Source: an uncultured Bacteroidales bacterium
Lineage (GTDB): Bacteria > Bacteroidota > Bacteroidia > Bacteroidales > Paludibacteraceae
NCBI GenBank assembly: GCA_937911235.1
Contig: CALDPN010000086.1
Location: 1-59,638, forward strand
DNA length: 59,638 nucleotides
Reading direction: 5' to 3'
This document shows, in pieces, positions 33,017 through 43,578 of this stretch (its first letter is position 1; each line of letters starts with the position of its first letter). The translations under genes and the position numbers were made by a program. Under the pieces are notes generated by a model. It was not told where the DNA came from, did no database searches, and saw only the letters and a list, made by a program, of their open reading frames with translations.

Positions 33017-34432
33017 ATGGTAAAAAATATATTCTACATATTCATATCTGCGCTTGTTTTGCTCACAGCGCTTGTTTCATGCGAAGCAGACAAAATAAGT
33101 ACAGATACTTCCTTGATGCTGAAATTTTCCTCAGATACAGTACGTTTCGATACTATATTTACCAACCAAGGCTCAGCAACATACAAACTAAAAGTGTATA
33201 ATCCTTCAAAAAATAGAGTCTTACTAGAAAGTATAACACTAAACGAGGCAGAAAACTATAAAATGAGTGTCTCTGGTATTTCTGCAGATGTAGTGAGCAA
33301 TACCTATCTAAATGCAGGGGATAGCTTGATGATTTTTATTCAAGTTTTCATCGATCCAAACAACGATAAAACTCCTTTTATAGTGCGTGATAGTATAGAT
33401 TTCTTCTTTAATAATCACACACAAGTACTTCAACTTGAGGCGTATGGCAGAAATGTTAAGCGCTTTAAGAATAAAACCATATATGCAGATACCACTATCA
33501 CAGCCTACATGCCAATTCTTATTTCAGACACCTTAAAAGTAGTAGAAGGCGCCACACTTACCTTAAAAGAAGGCACTAAACTCTATTGCCAAAAGGCATC
33601 TGTTATTTTGGTAGAAGGCACTTTAATATCAGAGGGTGATATTAATAATATGGTAGAAATACGTGGTGATAGAGACGACTTTATGAATACCGTTCCGCCA
33701 CTAAGTTACGACCAAGCATCTGGTCAGTGGGGAGGTATCAAAATTGCATCTTCAAGTTTTGGTAATACATTAGAATATACAGATGTGCGCAATGCCGATT
33801 TTGGTATAGTAATAGACTCTACTTCTACAGAAAATACCACCCTTACGGTGACGAGTTCTGTTATTAGAAATATGTTGTACAATGTTATTTGTGCCAATAA
33901 TGCCAAGGTAGAAATATATAACTCGCTGTTATACAACGCAGGAGAGAATATCTTACATTTAGAAGGCGGTGAATATAAAGTGATACATTGTACACTTACA
34001 AACAATTATTCATTCTCTTGGGGAGGTAGAACACAACCAATTTTATATTATTCAAATAAAAGAAATGCCTTAAAGGCACAAATGTACAACTCTATAGTTT
34101 ATGGTAATTATTCTTCAGAGATAGATTATAAATTAGACGAAGAAGGTTTGCCTGCTGAGTATGTATTTAAAAATTGTTTGGTAAAACAACACATGAAAAC
34201 AGTGGATACCAATATCTATGTGGACTGTATTATAAACTCTTCTCCTAAATTTGTTTATGAAGAAATAAAAGATGATACATATCGTGTTTATGATTATCAT
34301 CTAACATCTGCCTCACCTGCAATTGGCTATGCTTCGAGTGAGTATTCTTCTCTATTCCCAAAAGATTTAGAAGGAAATGAACGCTTGTTAGATGGTTCTT
34401 CAGATATAGGTTGCTACGAATATATTCAATAA
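33017..34432 (+). CDS. lipoprotein with probable parallel beta-helix repeats
   Basis: ATG at 33017. Lipobox LTALVSC. Repeated short V/I-x-N/S-x-L strands in the C-terminal half. Confidence 0.45.
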   Translation: MVKNIFYIFISALVLLTALVSCEADKISTDTSLMLKFSSDTVRFDTIFTNQGSATYKLKVYNPSKNRVLLESITLNEAENYKMSVSGISADVVSNTYLNAGDSLMIFIQVFIDPNNDKTPFIVRDSIDFFFNNHTQVLQLEAYGRNVKRFKNKTIYADTTITAYMPILISDTLKVVEGATLTLKEGTKLYCQKASVILVEGTLISEGDINNMVEIRGDRDDFMNTVPPLSYDQASGQWGGIKIASSSFGNTLEYTDVRNADFGIVIDSTSTENTTLTVTSSVIRNMLYNVICANNAKVEIYNSLLYNAGENILHLEGGEYKVIHCTLTNNYSFSWGGRTQPILYYSNKRNALKAQMYNSIVYGNYSSEIDYKLDEEGLPAEYVFKNCLVKQHMKTVDTNIYVDCIINSSPKFVYEEIKDDTYRVYDYHLTSASPAIGYASSEYSSLFPKDLEGNERLLDGSSDIGCYEYIQ

Positions 34433-34436
34433 AAAT

Positions 34437-35456
34437 ATGAGAAAACTAATTTTACTACCATTCTTAATCTTTTTGCTCTCCACTTTGCAAGCATATTCAC
34501 ATTATAAAGTAATGTTTTATAATGTGGAAAACTACTTTGATACAAAAGACAATCCAGAGACCAATGACGATGATTTTCTTCCCAGCGGTAAAAGGCATTG
34601 GACCAACAAAAAGAATGAAGAAAAACGAAATTCTATTGCAAAAGTAATCACTGCAGTAGGAGAGGGTACTCCTGTGGCTATAGTGGGTATGTGTGAGGTA
34701 GAAAACGATTATGTTCTTACTTCTTTGGTGAGATATTCACCGCTAAAAAACTATGGTTATAAGTTTATACACTACGACTCAGCCGACAAACGTGGCATAG
34801 ATACTGCACTATTGTATCATCCAGAACAGTTTAGCCCTTTATCTAGTAAACCTCTTAGAAAAGAATTCTCAGATGGCAAACTCACTCGCGATGTGCTCTA
34901 TGTAAGTGGAAAAACTTCTTTTGGAGATACTTTGCATGTGTTTGTATGTCACACACCTTCTCGTTTGGGAGGCAAAAACAAAACAGAACATTATAGAGTA
35001 GGAGTAATGTCTATGGTGAGAGAACACTGTGATAGCATTTTCTCTATAAATCCTAATGCAAAAATCATTATAATGGGAGATTTCAACGATACTCCTAAAG
35101 ATAAAAGTATATGTGAGACCCTTGGCGCAAAGCCTCTTTCTCAGCCATACGAAACCACATCTTTGTATAATATGTTTTATCAATTTGTAGACAACCCTTT
35201 TATTGGTACTCATAAATACCAATCTCAGTGGAGTGTGCTAGACCAAATAATCGTATCGGGAAGTTTCTTTACCTCTGGTCTTCTAAAACCAACTAGTGCT
35301 TATATTTTTCGAGCACCATTCCTTTTAGAAGAAGATAAAAGAAATATGAATGTGCGTCCGAAACGTACGTATAATGGTTTGAAGTATAACGGAGGATATT
35401 CAGACCACCTACCTATAATTATAGATTTTGTCGTGTATAAAAAAATATTCGAGTAG
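34437..35456 (+). CDS. endonuclease/exonuclease/phosphatase (EEP) family protein
   Basis: Signal peptide. YKVMFYNVENYFD, MGDFND, SDHLPI motifs. Confidence 0.8.
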   Translation: MRKLILLPFLIFLLSTLQAYSHYKVMFYNVENYFDTKDNPETNDDDFLPSGKRHWTNKKNEEKRNSIAKVITAVGEGTPVAIVGMCEVENDYVLTSLVRYSPLKNYGYKFIHYDSADKRGIDTALLYHPEQFSPLSSKPLRKEFSDGKLTRDVLYVSGKTSFGDTLHVFVCHTPSRLGGKNKTEHYRVGVMSMVREHCDSIFSINPNAKIIIMGDFNDTPKDKSICETLGAKPLSQPYETTSLYNMFYQFVDNPFIGTHKYQSQWSVLDQIIVSGSFFTSGLLKPTSAYIFRAPFLLEEDKRNMNVRPKRTYNGLKYNGGYSDHLPIIIDFVVYKKIFE

Positions 35457-35478
35457 AGCTCTTCACGGGATTTTATTT

Positions 35479-35541
35479 ATGATTAACTACAAAAGCTAAA
35501 CTCGCTGCGCTCAAACAACGCTTTTGTTTAACGTTAATCAT
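35479..35541 (+). terminator. long composite hairpin in intergenic DNA
   Basis: ATGATTAAC-T-ACAAAAGC (35479-35496) pairs with GCTTTTGT-TTAAC-GTTAATCAT (35520-35541), 17 bp in two segments. Followed by three ATCGCA-containing direct repeats. Confidence 0.35.
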
Positions 35542-35609
35542 CGCATAAAATCTATTTCCGCTCATCGCAATATCGCATTTTTAACGTATAAATATATAAC
35601 ATACACCTT

Positions 35610-36296
35610 ATGCTAGGAACAATTATAAATACAGGAGCGGTGATTTTAGGCGGAAGCCTAGGATTAATTGTAAAGAAAAACCTACCAGAAAGATACCAAG
35701 ACATATTCTTTCAGGGTATTGGTTTATTTACAATTGCCCTAGGTATAAAAATGTCTCTAGACATGAGCAATGCCATGTTTGTTATCCTAAGTTTAATAAT
35801 AGGAGGACTATTGGGCGAAGCACTAAAACTAGAAGAAAAAACCGAACACCTTTCTGAGAAAATTAAGAAAATCACAAAATCTAAAAACGACAGATTCACA
35901 GAAGGTCTTATCACAGCATTCCTACTTTTTTGTATGGGTTCAATGAGCATAATAGGTCCTATAGAAGAAGGACTTAAAGGCGGAATTTCCGATTTACTTA
36001 TCACAAAAAGTTTAATGGACGGATTTAGTGCCTTTATGCTTAGTAGCACATTAGGCTTGGGAGTAGTTTTATCGGCAATTCCACTACTAATTTACCAAGG
36101 CGGAATTACAATTTTTGCCGATTTCATCGGGAATTCTATAGAGGAAGATACCATTAAAAATCTCACTGCTGTAGGTGGTATTCTACTAATGGGTTTGGGT
36201 ATTAATATTCTAAACATTAAGCACTTGAGAATAATTAATCTTCTACCAGCCCTTATATTTATCTGCATTTTTATGTGTACTTTGCACATTATTTAG
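35610..36296 (+). CDS. DUF554-family membrane protein
   Basis: MLGTIINTGAVILGGSLGLIVKKNLPERYQD N-terminus and polytopic profile. Confidence 0.65.
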   Translation: MLGTIINTGAVILGGSLGLIVKKNLPERYQDIFFQGIGLFTIALGIKMSLDMSNAMFVILSLIIGGLLGEALKLEEKTEHLSEKIKKITKSKNDRFTEGLITAFLLFCMGSMSIIGPIEEGLKGGISDLLITKSLMDGFSAFMLSSTLGLGVVLSAIPLLIYQGGITIFADFIGNSIEEDTIKNLTAVGGILLMGLGINILNIKHLRIINLLPALIFICIFMCTLHII

Positions 36297-36322
36297 TATT
36301 TTTACGCAAATTTTCTAGAATT

Positions 36323-37117
36323 ATGAAAAATATAGCTATTATCGGAGCTGGAAATATGGGCGGAGCCATAGCCAGAGGACTTTCACAAAGCAGTTTAGCA
36401 GGAAAAATTTCTGTTAGTGATATCAACGAAGATGCATTGAGAAGTTTACAAAACTTCAACAACAGTATAGACGTTACCACAGACAACTGTGCCAATGTAA
36501 AAGATGCTGATATCGTGATACTTGCCGTTAAACCATGGCTAGTTTCTCAAATAATATCACAAGTAAAAGAAACACTTGATTATAAAAACCAAATTATAAT
36601 CTCGATAGCTGCTGGAGTTTCTATAGAAGACCTTCTAAATCTTCTAGACAAAAATGGAGAAAGACCAGTGATTTTCCGTATTATTCCAAACACTGCAATA
36701 GATGTGCTTCAAAGTGTTTCTACAATTGCATCTTGTGGCGCAACTAAAGAACAAGAAGCAGAAATTCTAGAAATTTTTGGAGAACTTGGCAAAGCATTCC
36801 TAGTGCCAGAAAGCCAATTAAATGCTATGATGTCTCTTTCTAGTTGCGGTATTGCATACGCATTTAGATACATTAGAGCTGCAGTAGAAGGTGGCGTTGA
36901 AATGGGAATTTATCCAAATGTTGCAAAAGAAGTAGTGCTTCAAACTCTTCGTGGTGCAGTAGATTTGTTGGAAACAAACGACTCTCACCCAGAGGTTGAA
37001 ATAGACAAAGTTACCACTCCTGGAGGCATTACTATCAAGGGCCTAAACGAGATGGAAGCAAATGGCTTTACAAATGCTGTTATCAAGGGTCTAAAAGCGA
37101 GCCTTATAAAAAGTTAG
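36323..37117 (+). CDS. proC: pyrroline-5-carboxylate reductase
   Basis: MKNIAIIGAGNMGGAI start. VTTPGGITIKG motif. The stop TAG lies inside a heptamer repeat. Confidence 0.85.
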   Translation: MKNIAIIGAGNMGGAIARGLSQSSLAGKISVSDINEDALRSLQNFNNSIDVTTDNCANVKDADIVILAVKPWLVSQIISQVKETLDYKNQIIISIAAGVSIEDLLNLLDKNGERPVIFRIIPNTAIDVLQSVSTIASCGATKEQEAEILEIFGELGKAFLVPESQLNAMMSLSSCGIAYAFRYIRAAVEGGVEMGIYPNVAKEVVLQTLRGAVDLLETNDSHPEVEIDKVTTPGGITIKGLNEMEANGFTNAVIKGLKASLIKS

Positions 37118-37144
37118 GAGTTAGGAGTTAGGATTTAGGAGTTA
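37112..37144 (+). repeat. heptamer array (TTAGGAG orientation), about 4.5 units
   Basis: AGTTAGGAGTTAGGAGTTAGGATTTAGGAGTTA is the reverse complement of the 8836 array unit and contains the proC stop codon. Confidence 0.85.
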
Positions 37145-37174
37145 AAAATATAACAAATCAAAATATTTAGAATT

Positions 37175-37714
37175 ATGATGAAAGAAATTGCAGAACGCCT
37201 ACGTGGTCTTCGTGATTCTATGGATTTGAGTACAGCAGAAATGGCTGTACAAACAGGTGTAGAAGAAGGAATTTACGAAACCTACGAAACTGGCGAGGTA
37301 GATATTCCTATGAACTATATCTGCCAAGTGGCTAAGAAATTTAATGTTGATACTGCAGTGCTTATTTCTGGCAACGAAACTCACGCAGAAAGTTATTTCG
37401 TTACTCGTAAGGGTTTAGGAATTACCGTAGAAAGAAGTAAAGCTTACAAATATAGAGACTTAGCTGGTGGCTTTAAAAATGCAAAAGCTACTCCATTCCT
37501 TGTAACAGTAGAGCCAAACGATGCTCCTATTCACTTAAACTCACACCCTGGTCAAGAGTTTAACCTACTAGAAAAGGGCACTCTTCTACTACAAATTGAT
37601 GGTAAAGATATCATCCTTGAAGAAGGCGACAGCATCTACTTCGATGCTACTAAACCTCACGGAATGAAAGCATTAAACAATGAGAAAGCACGCTTTTTAG
37701 CGATAATTTTATAA
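37175..37714 (+). CDS. XRE-HTH plus cupin-domain transcriptional regulator
   Basis: IAERLRGLRDSMDLSTAEMA HTH region. C-terminal cupin GDSIYFDATKPHG. Confidence 0.8.
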   Translation: MMKEIAERLRGLRDSMDLSTAEMAVQTGVEEGIYETYETGEVDIPMNYICQVAKKFNVDTAVLISGNETHAESYFVTRKGLGITVERSKAYKYRDLAGGFKNAKATPFLVTVEPNDAPIHLNSHPGQEFNLLEKGTLLLQIDGKDIILEEGDSIYFDATKPHGMKALNNEKARFLAIIL

Positions 37715-37726
37715 TTTAAAGGAACA

Positions 37727-39382
37727 ATGTTAGAACGTTTTGTAGAAAAGACCCAATTCACTTCGCAAGAAGATTTTGTAAACAATTTAAAAATAAAAGC
37801 ACCTGAAAATTTCAATTTCGGGTATGATGTTGTAGATGCGTGGGCTAAAGAAGAACCAAATAAACGTGCCATTTGTTGGACCAATGATAAAGGCGAGCAC
37901 ATCGACTTTAGTTATGCAGATTTAAAAGAAAAAACCGATAAAACCGCTGCTTATTTCCAATCTTTAGGTATTGGCAAAGGCGATATGGTAATGCTTATAT
38001 TAAAGCGTAGATACGAATTTTGGTATTCTATTATTGCGCTTCACAAACTTGGTGCCGTAGTTATTCCTGCTACTCACCTTCTTACAGAAAAAGACATTAT
38101 CTATCGTTGTGAAGCTGCTGATATTAAGGCAATTGTAGCAGTTGGCGAAACTGTAGTGCTAGACCACATCAAAAATGCTCTACCAAAATGTCCTTCTGTG
38201 AAAAGCGTTATTTCTGTTGGTCCAGAAGTGTATGAAGGTTTTGAAGACTTCACAAAAGGCATAGAAAACGCTGGAGAATTTGTTCGTCCAGCAAATGTGA
38301 ATACAAACAATGATATTTCTATCATTTACTTTACATCTGGTACATCTGGCAACCCAAAAATGGTGGCTCACGACTTCACATATCCACTAGGACACATTGT
38401 CACAGGTAGCTACTGGCACAACCTAACAGAAGAAAGTCTTCACTTAACAGTGGCAGATACTGGTTGGGGTAAAGCTGTATGGGGTAAACTTTATGGTCAA
38501 ATGATTGCAGGTGCATCAATTTTCGTTTACGACCACGAGAAATTCACTCCTGCCGACATGCTAAAAATGATTCAAGAGTACAAAATTACATCTTTCTGTG
38601 CTCCTCCAACCATTTTCCGCTTTATGATTCGTGAAGATTTAACCAAATACGACCTTTCTTCACTAAAATGGGCTACTATTGCAGGCGAGGCTCTTAACCC
38701 AAGCGTTTACCAAGAGTTCTACGAACTAACTGGCATTAAACTACGTGAAGGTTTCGGTCAAACAGAAACCACTTGTACCGTGCTTACTACCCCATGGATG
38801 GAACCAAAACCAGGTTCTATGGGTAAACCAAACCCTGCTTACAACGTAGATATTGTAATGGGCGACGGACGTAGTGCAGAAGTGGGTGAACAAGGTGAAA
38901 TTATCATCCGTATAGACGAAAACAACAAACCAAACGGCTTATTCTTAGGATATTACAGAGACGAAGCTCGTACAAAAGAAGCTTATCACGATGGCATTTA
39001 CCACACTGGTGACGTGGCTTGGAAAGACGAAGATGGTTATTTCTGGTTCGTTGGTAGAAACGACGATGTTATCAAATCTTCTGGCTACCGCATTGGACCT
39101 TTCGAGGTAGAAAGTGCACTTATGTCGCACGATGCAGTAGTGGAATGTGCTATCACTGCCGTGCCAGACCCAATTCGTGGTCAGGTGGTGAAAGCTACTA
39201 TTGTGCTAGCAGCAGACTACAAAGACAAAGCAGGCGAAGCGCTTATTAAAGAACTTCAAGACTACGTAAAACGTGTAACTGCTCCATATAAATACCCACG
39301 TATCATAGAGTTTGTAAACGAACTTCCAAAAACTATTAGTGGTAAAATTCGTCGTGTAGAAATTAGAGAAAAAGATAAATAA
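37727..39382 (+). CDS. AMP-dependent acyl-CoA synthetase/ligase
   Basis: IYFTSGTSGNPKMV, GYRIGPFEVE, SGKIRR motifs. Confidence 0.85.
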   Translation: MLERFVEKTQFTSQEDFVNNLKIKAPENFNFGYDVVDAWAKEEPNKRAICWTNDKGEHIDFSYADLKEKTDKTAAYFQSLGIGKGDMVMLILKRRYEFWYSIIALHKLGAVVIPATHLLTEKDIIYRCEAADIKAIVAVGETVVLDHIKNALPKCPSVKSVISVGPEVYEGFEDFTKGIENAGEFVRPANVNTNNDISIIYFTSGTSGNPKMVAHDFTYPLGHIVTGSYWHNLTEESLHLTVADTGWGKAVWGKLYGQMIAGASIFVYDHEKFTPADMLKMIQEYKITSFCAPPTIFRFMIREDLTKYDLSSLKWATIAGEALNPSVYQEFYELTGIKLREGFGQTETTCTVLTTPWMEPKPGSMGKPNPAYNVDIVMGDGRSAEVGEQGEIIIRIDENNKPNGLFLGYYRDEARTKEAYHDGIYHTGDVAWKDEDGYFWFVGRNDDVIKSSGYRIGPFEVESALMSHDAVVECAITAVPDPIRGQVVKATIVLAADYKDKAGEALIKELQDYVKRVTAPYKYPRIIEFVNELPKTISGKIRRVEIREKDK

Positions 39383-39384
39383 TT

Positions 39385-40338
39385 ATGAGAACATATCAAA
39401 GAGCCGCAGATCTAGGTGACATCCAAAAGGCAGTTAAAGAAGCATTAGAAGTAAAAGCAAATCCATATAAATGGGATACCATGGGTAAAAACAAAACCCT
39501 ACTTATGGTATTTTTCAACTCTAGTCTTCGTACTCGTTTAAGTACACAAAAAGCAGGTATGAATCTAGGCATGAACACCATTGTGCTAGACGTAAACGCC
39601 GGCGCATGGAAACTAGAAACCGAAAGAGGTGTAATTATGGATGGCGACAAACCAGAACACCTACTAGAAGCAATCCCAGTAATGGGTAGCTACTGCGACA
39701 TTATCGGCGTGCGTTCTTTTGCCCGTTTTGAAAACAAACAATTTGATTATGAGGAAGTTATCCTTAACCAATTCATAAAATACTCTGGCAAACCAGTATT
39801 TAGTATGGAATCTGCCACATGCCACCCATTACAAGCATTTGCAGACCTTATCACCATAGAAGAATACAAAGAACAAGAACGTCCAAAAGTGGTGTTAACA
39901 TGGGCTCCTCACCCAAGAGCACTGCCTCAAGCTGTGCCAAACTCATTTGCAGACTTTATGAATGCTGCCGATGTAGATTTTGTTATCACACATCCAAAAG
40001 GTTACGAACTTGCTCCTGAGTTTGTGGGCAACGCAAGAGTGGAATACGACCAAAGAAAAGCATTTGAAGGTGCAAACTTCATCTACGCTAAAAACTGGTC
40101 TGCCTACAACGATCCAAACTACGGTAAGATTCTTTGTCAAGACCGTGATTGGACTGTTGACACAGAAAAAATGAGTCTTACAGACAACGCATTCTTTATG
40201 CACTGCCTACCTGTGCGTAGAAACATGATTGTGACAGACGACGTTATAGAAAGCCCACGTTCAATAGTTATTCCTGAGGCTGCAAACCGTGTGGTTTCTG
40301 CTCAGACAGTAATTAAAAGAATGTTAGAAAGTTTATAA
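39385..40338 (+). CDS. argF: N-acetyl/N-succinyl-ornithine carbamoyltransferase
   Basis: FFNSSLRTRLS (variant of STRTR), HPLQAFADL, HCLPVRRN. Confidence 0.75.
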   Translation: MRTYQRAADLGDIQKAVKEALEVKANPYKWDTMGKNKTLLMVFFNSSLRTRLSTQKAGMNLGMNTIVLDVNAGAWKLETERGVIMDGDKPEHLLEAIPVMGSYCDIIGVRSFARFENKQFDYEEVILNQFIKYSGKPVFSMESATCHPLQAFADLITIEEYKEQERPKVVLTWAPHPRALPQAVPNSFADFMNAADVDFVITHPKGYELAPEFVGNARVEYDQRKAFEGANFIYAKNWSAYNDPNYGKILCQDRDWTVDTEKMSLTDNAFFMHCLPVRRNMIVTDDVIESPRSIVIPEAANRVVSAQTVIKRMLESL

Positions 40339-40364
40339 TTTTACCGATAAAACCGATAAAAAAC

Positions 40365-41441
40365 ATGTATCGCTTCAAACGCATAGTAGTAAAGATAGGT
40401 AGTAATGTTCTTACCCAAGCAGACGGAACATTAGACCTTAATAGAATAGAAGCAATTGTTACAGACATTGCCCAAATGCATAAAGCTGGAATAGAAATTA
40501 TTTTGGTTTCTTCAGGCGCTGTGGCATCTGGCAGAAGCGAGCTTAAAGTGGATAAGAAACTAGATTCTGTCTCATCTCGTCAGCTTTTCTCTGCTGTAGG
40601 TCAAGCAAAACTTATCAACCACTACTACGACCTATTCCAAAAACATGGTCTTCATTGCGGTCAAGTGCTTACTACAAAAGAGAGTTTCGGCACCAGACGT
40701 CATTATCTTACACAAAAAGACTGCATAAGTGTGATGCTAGAAAATGGGGTTATTCCTATTGTGAACGAAAACGACACCATTTCTGTAACAGAACTTATGT
40801 TTACAGACAACGACGAGCTTTCTGGACTTCTTGCCACTATGATGCGCGCAGAAGCACTTATTATATTAAGTAATATCGACGGCATTTACAATGGCAATCC
40901 TTCAGACCCTGCATCTGAGGTTATCAGAGAAATCACTCCAGAAGGAAACTTTACCAAATACATTCAAACTGGTAAATCTTCTTTTGGCAGAGGCGGTATG
41001 CTAACCAAGTATAATATTGCTCGCAAAGTGGCTGGTGAAGGTATCTATGTGATTATTGCCAACGGCAAAAGAGACGGCATTCTTCCTCACTTGATAGAAA
41101 AAGACTGCACTATTCCTCATACCACATTTATGGCAAACCAAAAGAAAGCCTCTGGCGTGAAGAAATGGATTGCTCATAGCGAAAGCTTCGCAAAAGGATA
41201 TGTAGTGCTAAACGAAGGTGCTGCAGAAGCCCTAGCAAGCAAAGCAAGTTCCGTGCTTTTAGTAGGCATTACAGAAGTGGGCGGCGAGTTTGCAAAAGGC
41301 GACATAGTAAAAATCCTAAACCAAGAAAAAGAAGAACTTGGCGTAGGTATTGCTCAATACGATAGCGCAAAAACACGCGAATTCATCGGCAAAAAAGGCC
41401 AACGCGCCTTCATCCACTACGATTATTTATACTTAGATTAA
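40365..41441 (+). CDS. proB: glutamate 5-kinase with PUA domain
   Basis: RIVVKIGSNVLT, IILVSSGAVASG, NENDT motifs. Confidence 0.9.
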   Translation: MYRFKRIVVKIGSNVLTQADGTLDLNRIEAIVTDIAQMHKAGIEIILVSSGAVASGRSELKVDKKLDSVSSRQLFSAVGQAKLINHYYDLFQKHGLHCGQVLTTKESFGTRRHYLTQKDCISVMLENGVIPIVNENDTISVTELMFTDNDELSGLLATMMRAEALIILSNIDGIYNGNPSDPASEVIREITPEGNFTKYIQTGKSSFGRGGMLTKYNIARKVAGEGIYVIIANGKRDGILPHLIEKDCTIPHTTFMANQKKASGVKKWIAHSESFAKGYVVLNEGAAEALASKASSVLLVGITEVGGEFAKGDIVKILNQEKEELGVGIAQYDSAKTREFIGKKGQRAFIHYDYLYLD

Positions 41442-41460
41442 ACAGAACTCGGTTAATAAG

Positions 41461-41509
41461 ACGGACAATGCACGCACGGTTGCTGAGCCTGTCGAAGCAT
41501 TGTCCCTAC
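41461..41509 (-). repeat. REP-like palindromic element (inverted copy of 23577-23626)
   Basis: ACGGACAATGCACGCACGGTTGCTGAGCCTGTCGAAGCATTGTCCCTAC is the reverse complement of the rsmI-downstream element. Confidence 0.8.
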
Positions 41510-41529
41510 AGATAGCCTTATAAAAAACT

Positions 41530-41561
41530 AATGGCGACCCTTTTCTTAAAGAGTCGCCATT
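41530..41561. terminator. bidirectional terminator hairpin between convergent genes
   Basis: AATGGCGAC-14 nt-GTCGCCATT with A/T runs on both sides. Confidence 0.6.
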
Positions 41562-41583
41562 AATTTTTATAGTTGGTTACAGA

Positions 41584-42216
41584 TTATTCTTCGATTGCTT
41601 GTGGTTGTGCTTTGATGTCTTCGTATAAAGCAATTCTTGCAGCTTCGTGGTATGGAACCACCCAAAGAATAGCGATACCTAGAGTAACGATACATAGAAG
41701 ATACCAGCCAATGAAACTTAGGTCTAAAAGGAATAATTTCATTTTATAACCGTTTGTTAGTTTCATACTTTCATTGATGCATTCTTCAGCTGTTAGTTCT
41801 TCGTTGTCCATGCTAATGTATGGAGCAAAGCAGTATGAATATGCTTTAATGATACCAGGAATCAATAGTAAAAGACTCCATAGAAAAACGTAGATTGACA
41901 TTAAGCCAATTACTTTAATAGATTTTAAATAGTCTGCTTTAAATTTATCTACAAGGCTAGATGAAATTTCAATTTTTCCACCACGCACAAAGCCCAATAT
42001 TTCTTTTGCAAAAAGATATGAAAGTGGAATACCAACAAATATTTCTGCTAATAGATTTGCAAAAGAAGCTAATTCTTCACTAGCGATAACAAAGCCAAGC
42101 GCTGTAGAAATCACTGTGTTAATTAACATAATGATTAATAACAACAATACGGCGCCTCTCCAGTCGGCTTTAAGCATATTGAAGGCAGCATTTCTGTACT
42201 CAAAATTTTGTTTCAT
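41584..42216 (-). CDS. DUF975-like polytopic membrane protein
   Basis: N-terminus FEYRNAAFNMLKADWRGAVLL and a 5-6 TM profile. Confidence 0.5.
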   Translation of the reverse strand: MKQNFEYRNAAFNMLKADWRGAVLLLLIIMLINTVISTALGFVIASEELASFANLLAEIFVGIPLSYLFAKEILGFVRGGKIEISSSLVDKFKADYLKSIKVIGLMSIYVFLWSLLLLIPGIIKAYSYCFAPYISMDNEELTAEECINESMKLTNGYKMKLFLLDLSFIGWYLLCIVTLGIAILWVVPYHEAARIALYEDIKAQPQAIEE

Positions 42217-42245
42217 AATTTAGGTTTATTAAAGTTTTTCGCGTG

Positions 42246-42273
42246 CAAAGGTAGAAAAAAATCACTATATTTG
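42246..42273. promoter_or_regulatory. back-to-back -7 boxes for divergent genes
   Basis: CAAAGGTA (minus-strand TACCTTTG, 42246-42253) and TATATTTG (42266-42273), upstream of the starts at 42216(-) and 42316(+). Confidence 0.35.
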
Positions 42274-42315
42274 CATAATACATAAAATTAATAACAAGAA
42301 AACACTATAAAAAAG

Positions 42316-43560
42316 ATGAATAATTGGAAAGAAAACGCTCTTTTAGCATCTAGAAAACTAAATCTAGTTTCAACAGAAGAGATAAACAAAGTATTACTTG
42401 CTTTAGCCGACAAGGCAGAAGAAAAATGTGACGAACTACTAGTGGAAAACCAAAAAGACTTAGCGTCTATGGATAAGTCAAACCCACTTTACGACCGTCT
42501 TCTTCTTACAAAGGGGCGTATTTTTGATATCGCTTCAGACATAAGAAAAGTATCTTCACTACCTTCTCCTGTGGGTAGAGTGCTTGAAAGCAGAGAACTA
42601 CCAAACGGCCTAAAACTTACCAAAAAAGCAGTACCATTTGGTGTAATTGGTATTATTTATGAGGCTCGTCCAAACGTTAGTTTCGACGTGTTCTCTCTTT
42701 GTTTTAAAACAGCCAATGTGTGCGTGCTAAAAGGTGGTACAGATGCTTATAACTCAAACTTTGCTATTGTAAACCTTATTAAAGAAGTGCTTCGCGAGCA
42801 CAATTTAGATGAAAATATGGTTCACCTACTTCCTGCAGGACGCGAAGCTACAGGCGAGCTTCTTAGTGCAGTGGGTTATATAGACCTTATCATTCCTCGT
42901 GGTAGTGCAGGTCTTATTAAATATGTGCGAGAAAACTCACAAGTGCCTGTAATTGAAACTGGTGCAGGTGTGGTTCACTGCTATTTCGATAAAGACGGCG
43001 ACCTAGAAAAAGGAAAAGCAATTATAGAAAATGCGAAAACTCGTCGCGTGAGCGTTTGTAATGCACTAGACTGCCTTGTTATTCACAAAGATAGACTAGG
43101 CGATCTTGCAGCAATTTGTTCTGGTCTTATCAAAGAAAAAAATGTGGTTATCGAAGCAGACGAATCTGCATATAATGCTCTTAATGGAAACTACCCAGCA
43201 GAACTTCTTACCACTGTAAACGAAGAAAGTTTTGGTAAAGAGTTTATGTCTCACAGAATGAGTATTAAAACTGCTGATAGTTTAAAAGACGCTATCGACC
43301 ACATTAGCACATATAGTTCTAAACACAGCGAAAGCATTGTTACAGAAAACGAAGAATCTGCAGCAGCATTCCTTAAAGAAGTGGATGCTTCTTGTGTATA
43401 TCACAATGCTCCAACAAGCTTCACAGACGGTGGACAATTTGGTATGGGTGCAGAAATAGGTATTAGTACACAAAAACTTCACGCTCGTGGACCTATGGCT
43501 CTACCAGAACTTTGTACATATAAATGGTTAATCGTTGGCAATGGCCAAACTCGTTCATAA
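42316..43560 (+). CDS. proA: glutamate-5-semialdehyde dehydrogenase
   Basis: [23 protein letters not shown] motifs. Confidence 0.9.
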   Translation: MNNWKENALLASRKLNLVSTEEINKVLLALADKAEEKCDELLVENQKDLASMDKSNPLYDRLLLTKGRIFDIASDIRKVSSLPSPVGRVLESRELPNGLKLTKKAVPFGVIGIIYEARPNVSFDVFSLCFKTANVCVLKGGTDAYNSNFAIVNLIKEVLREHNLDENMVHLLPAGREATGELLSAVGYIDLIIPRGSAGLIKYVRENSQVPVIETGAGVVHCYFDKDGDLEKGKAIIENAKTRRVSVCNALDCLVIHKDRLGDLAAICSGLIKEKNVVIEADESAYNALNGNYPAELLTTVNEESFGKEFMSHRMSIKTADSLKDAIDHISTYSSKHSESIVTENEESAAAFLKEVDASCVYHNAPTSFTDGGQFGMGAEIGISTQKLHARGPMALPELCTYKWLIVGNGQTRS

Positions 43561-43578
43561 CACCCTAATTAGAATTTA

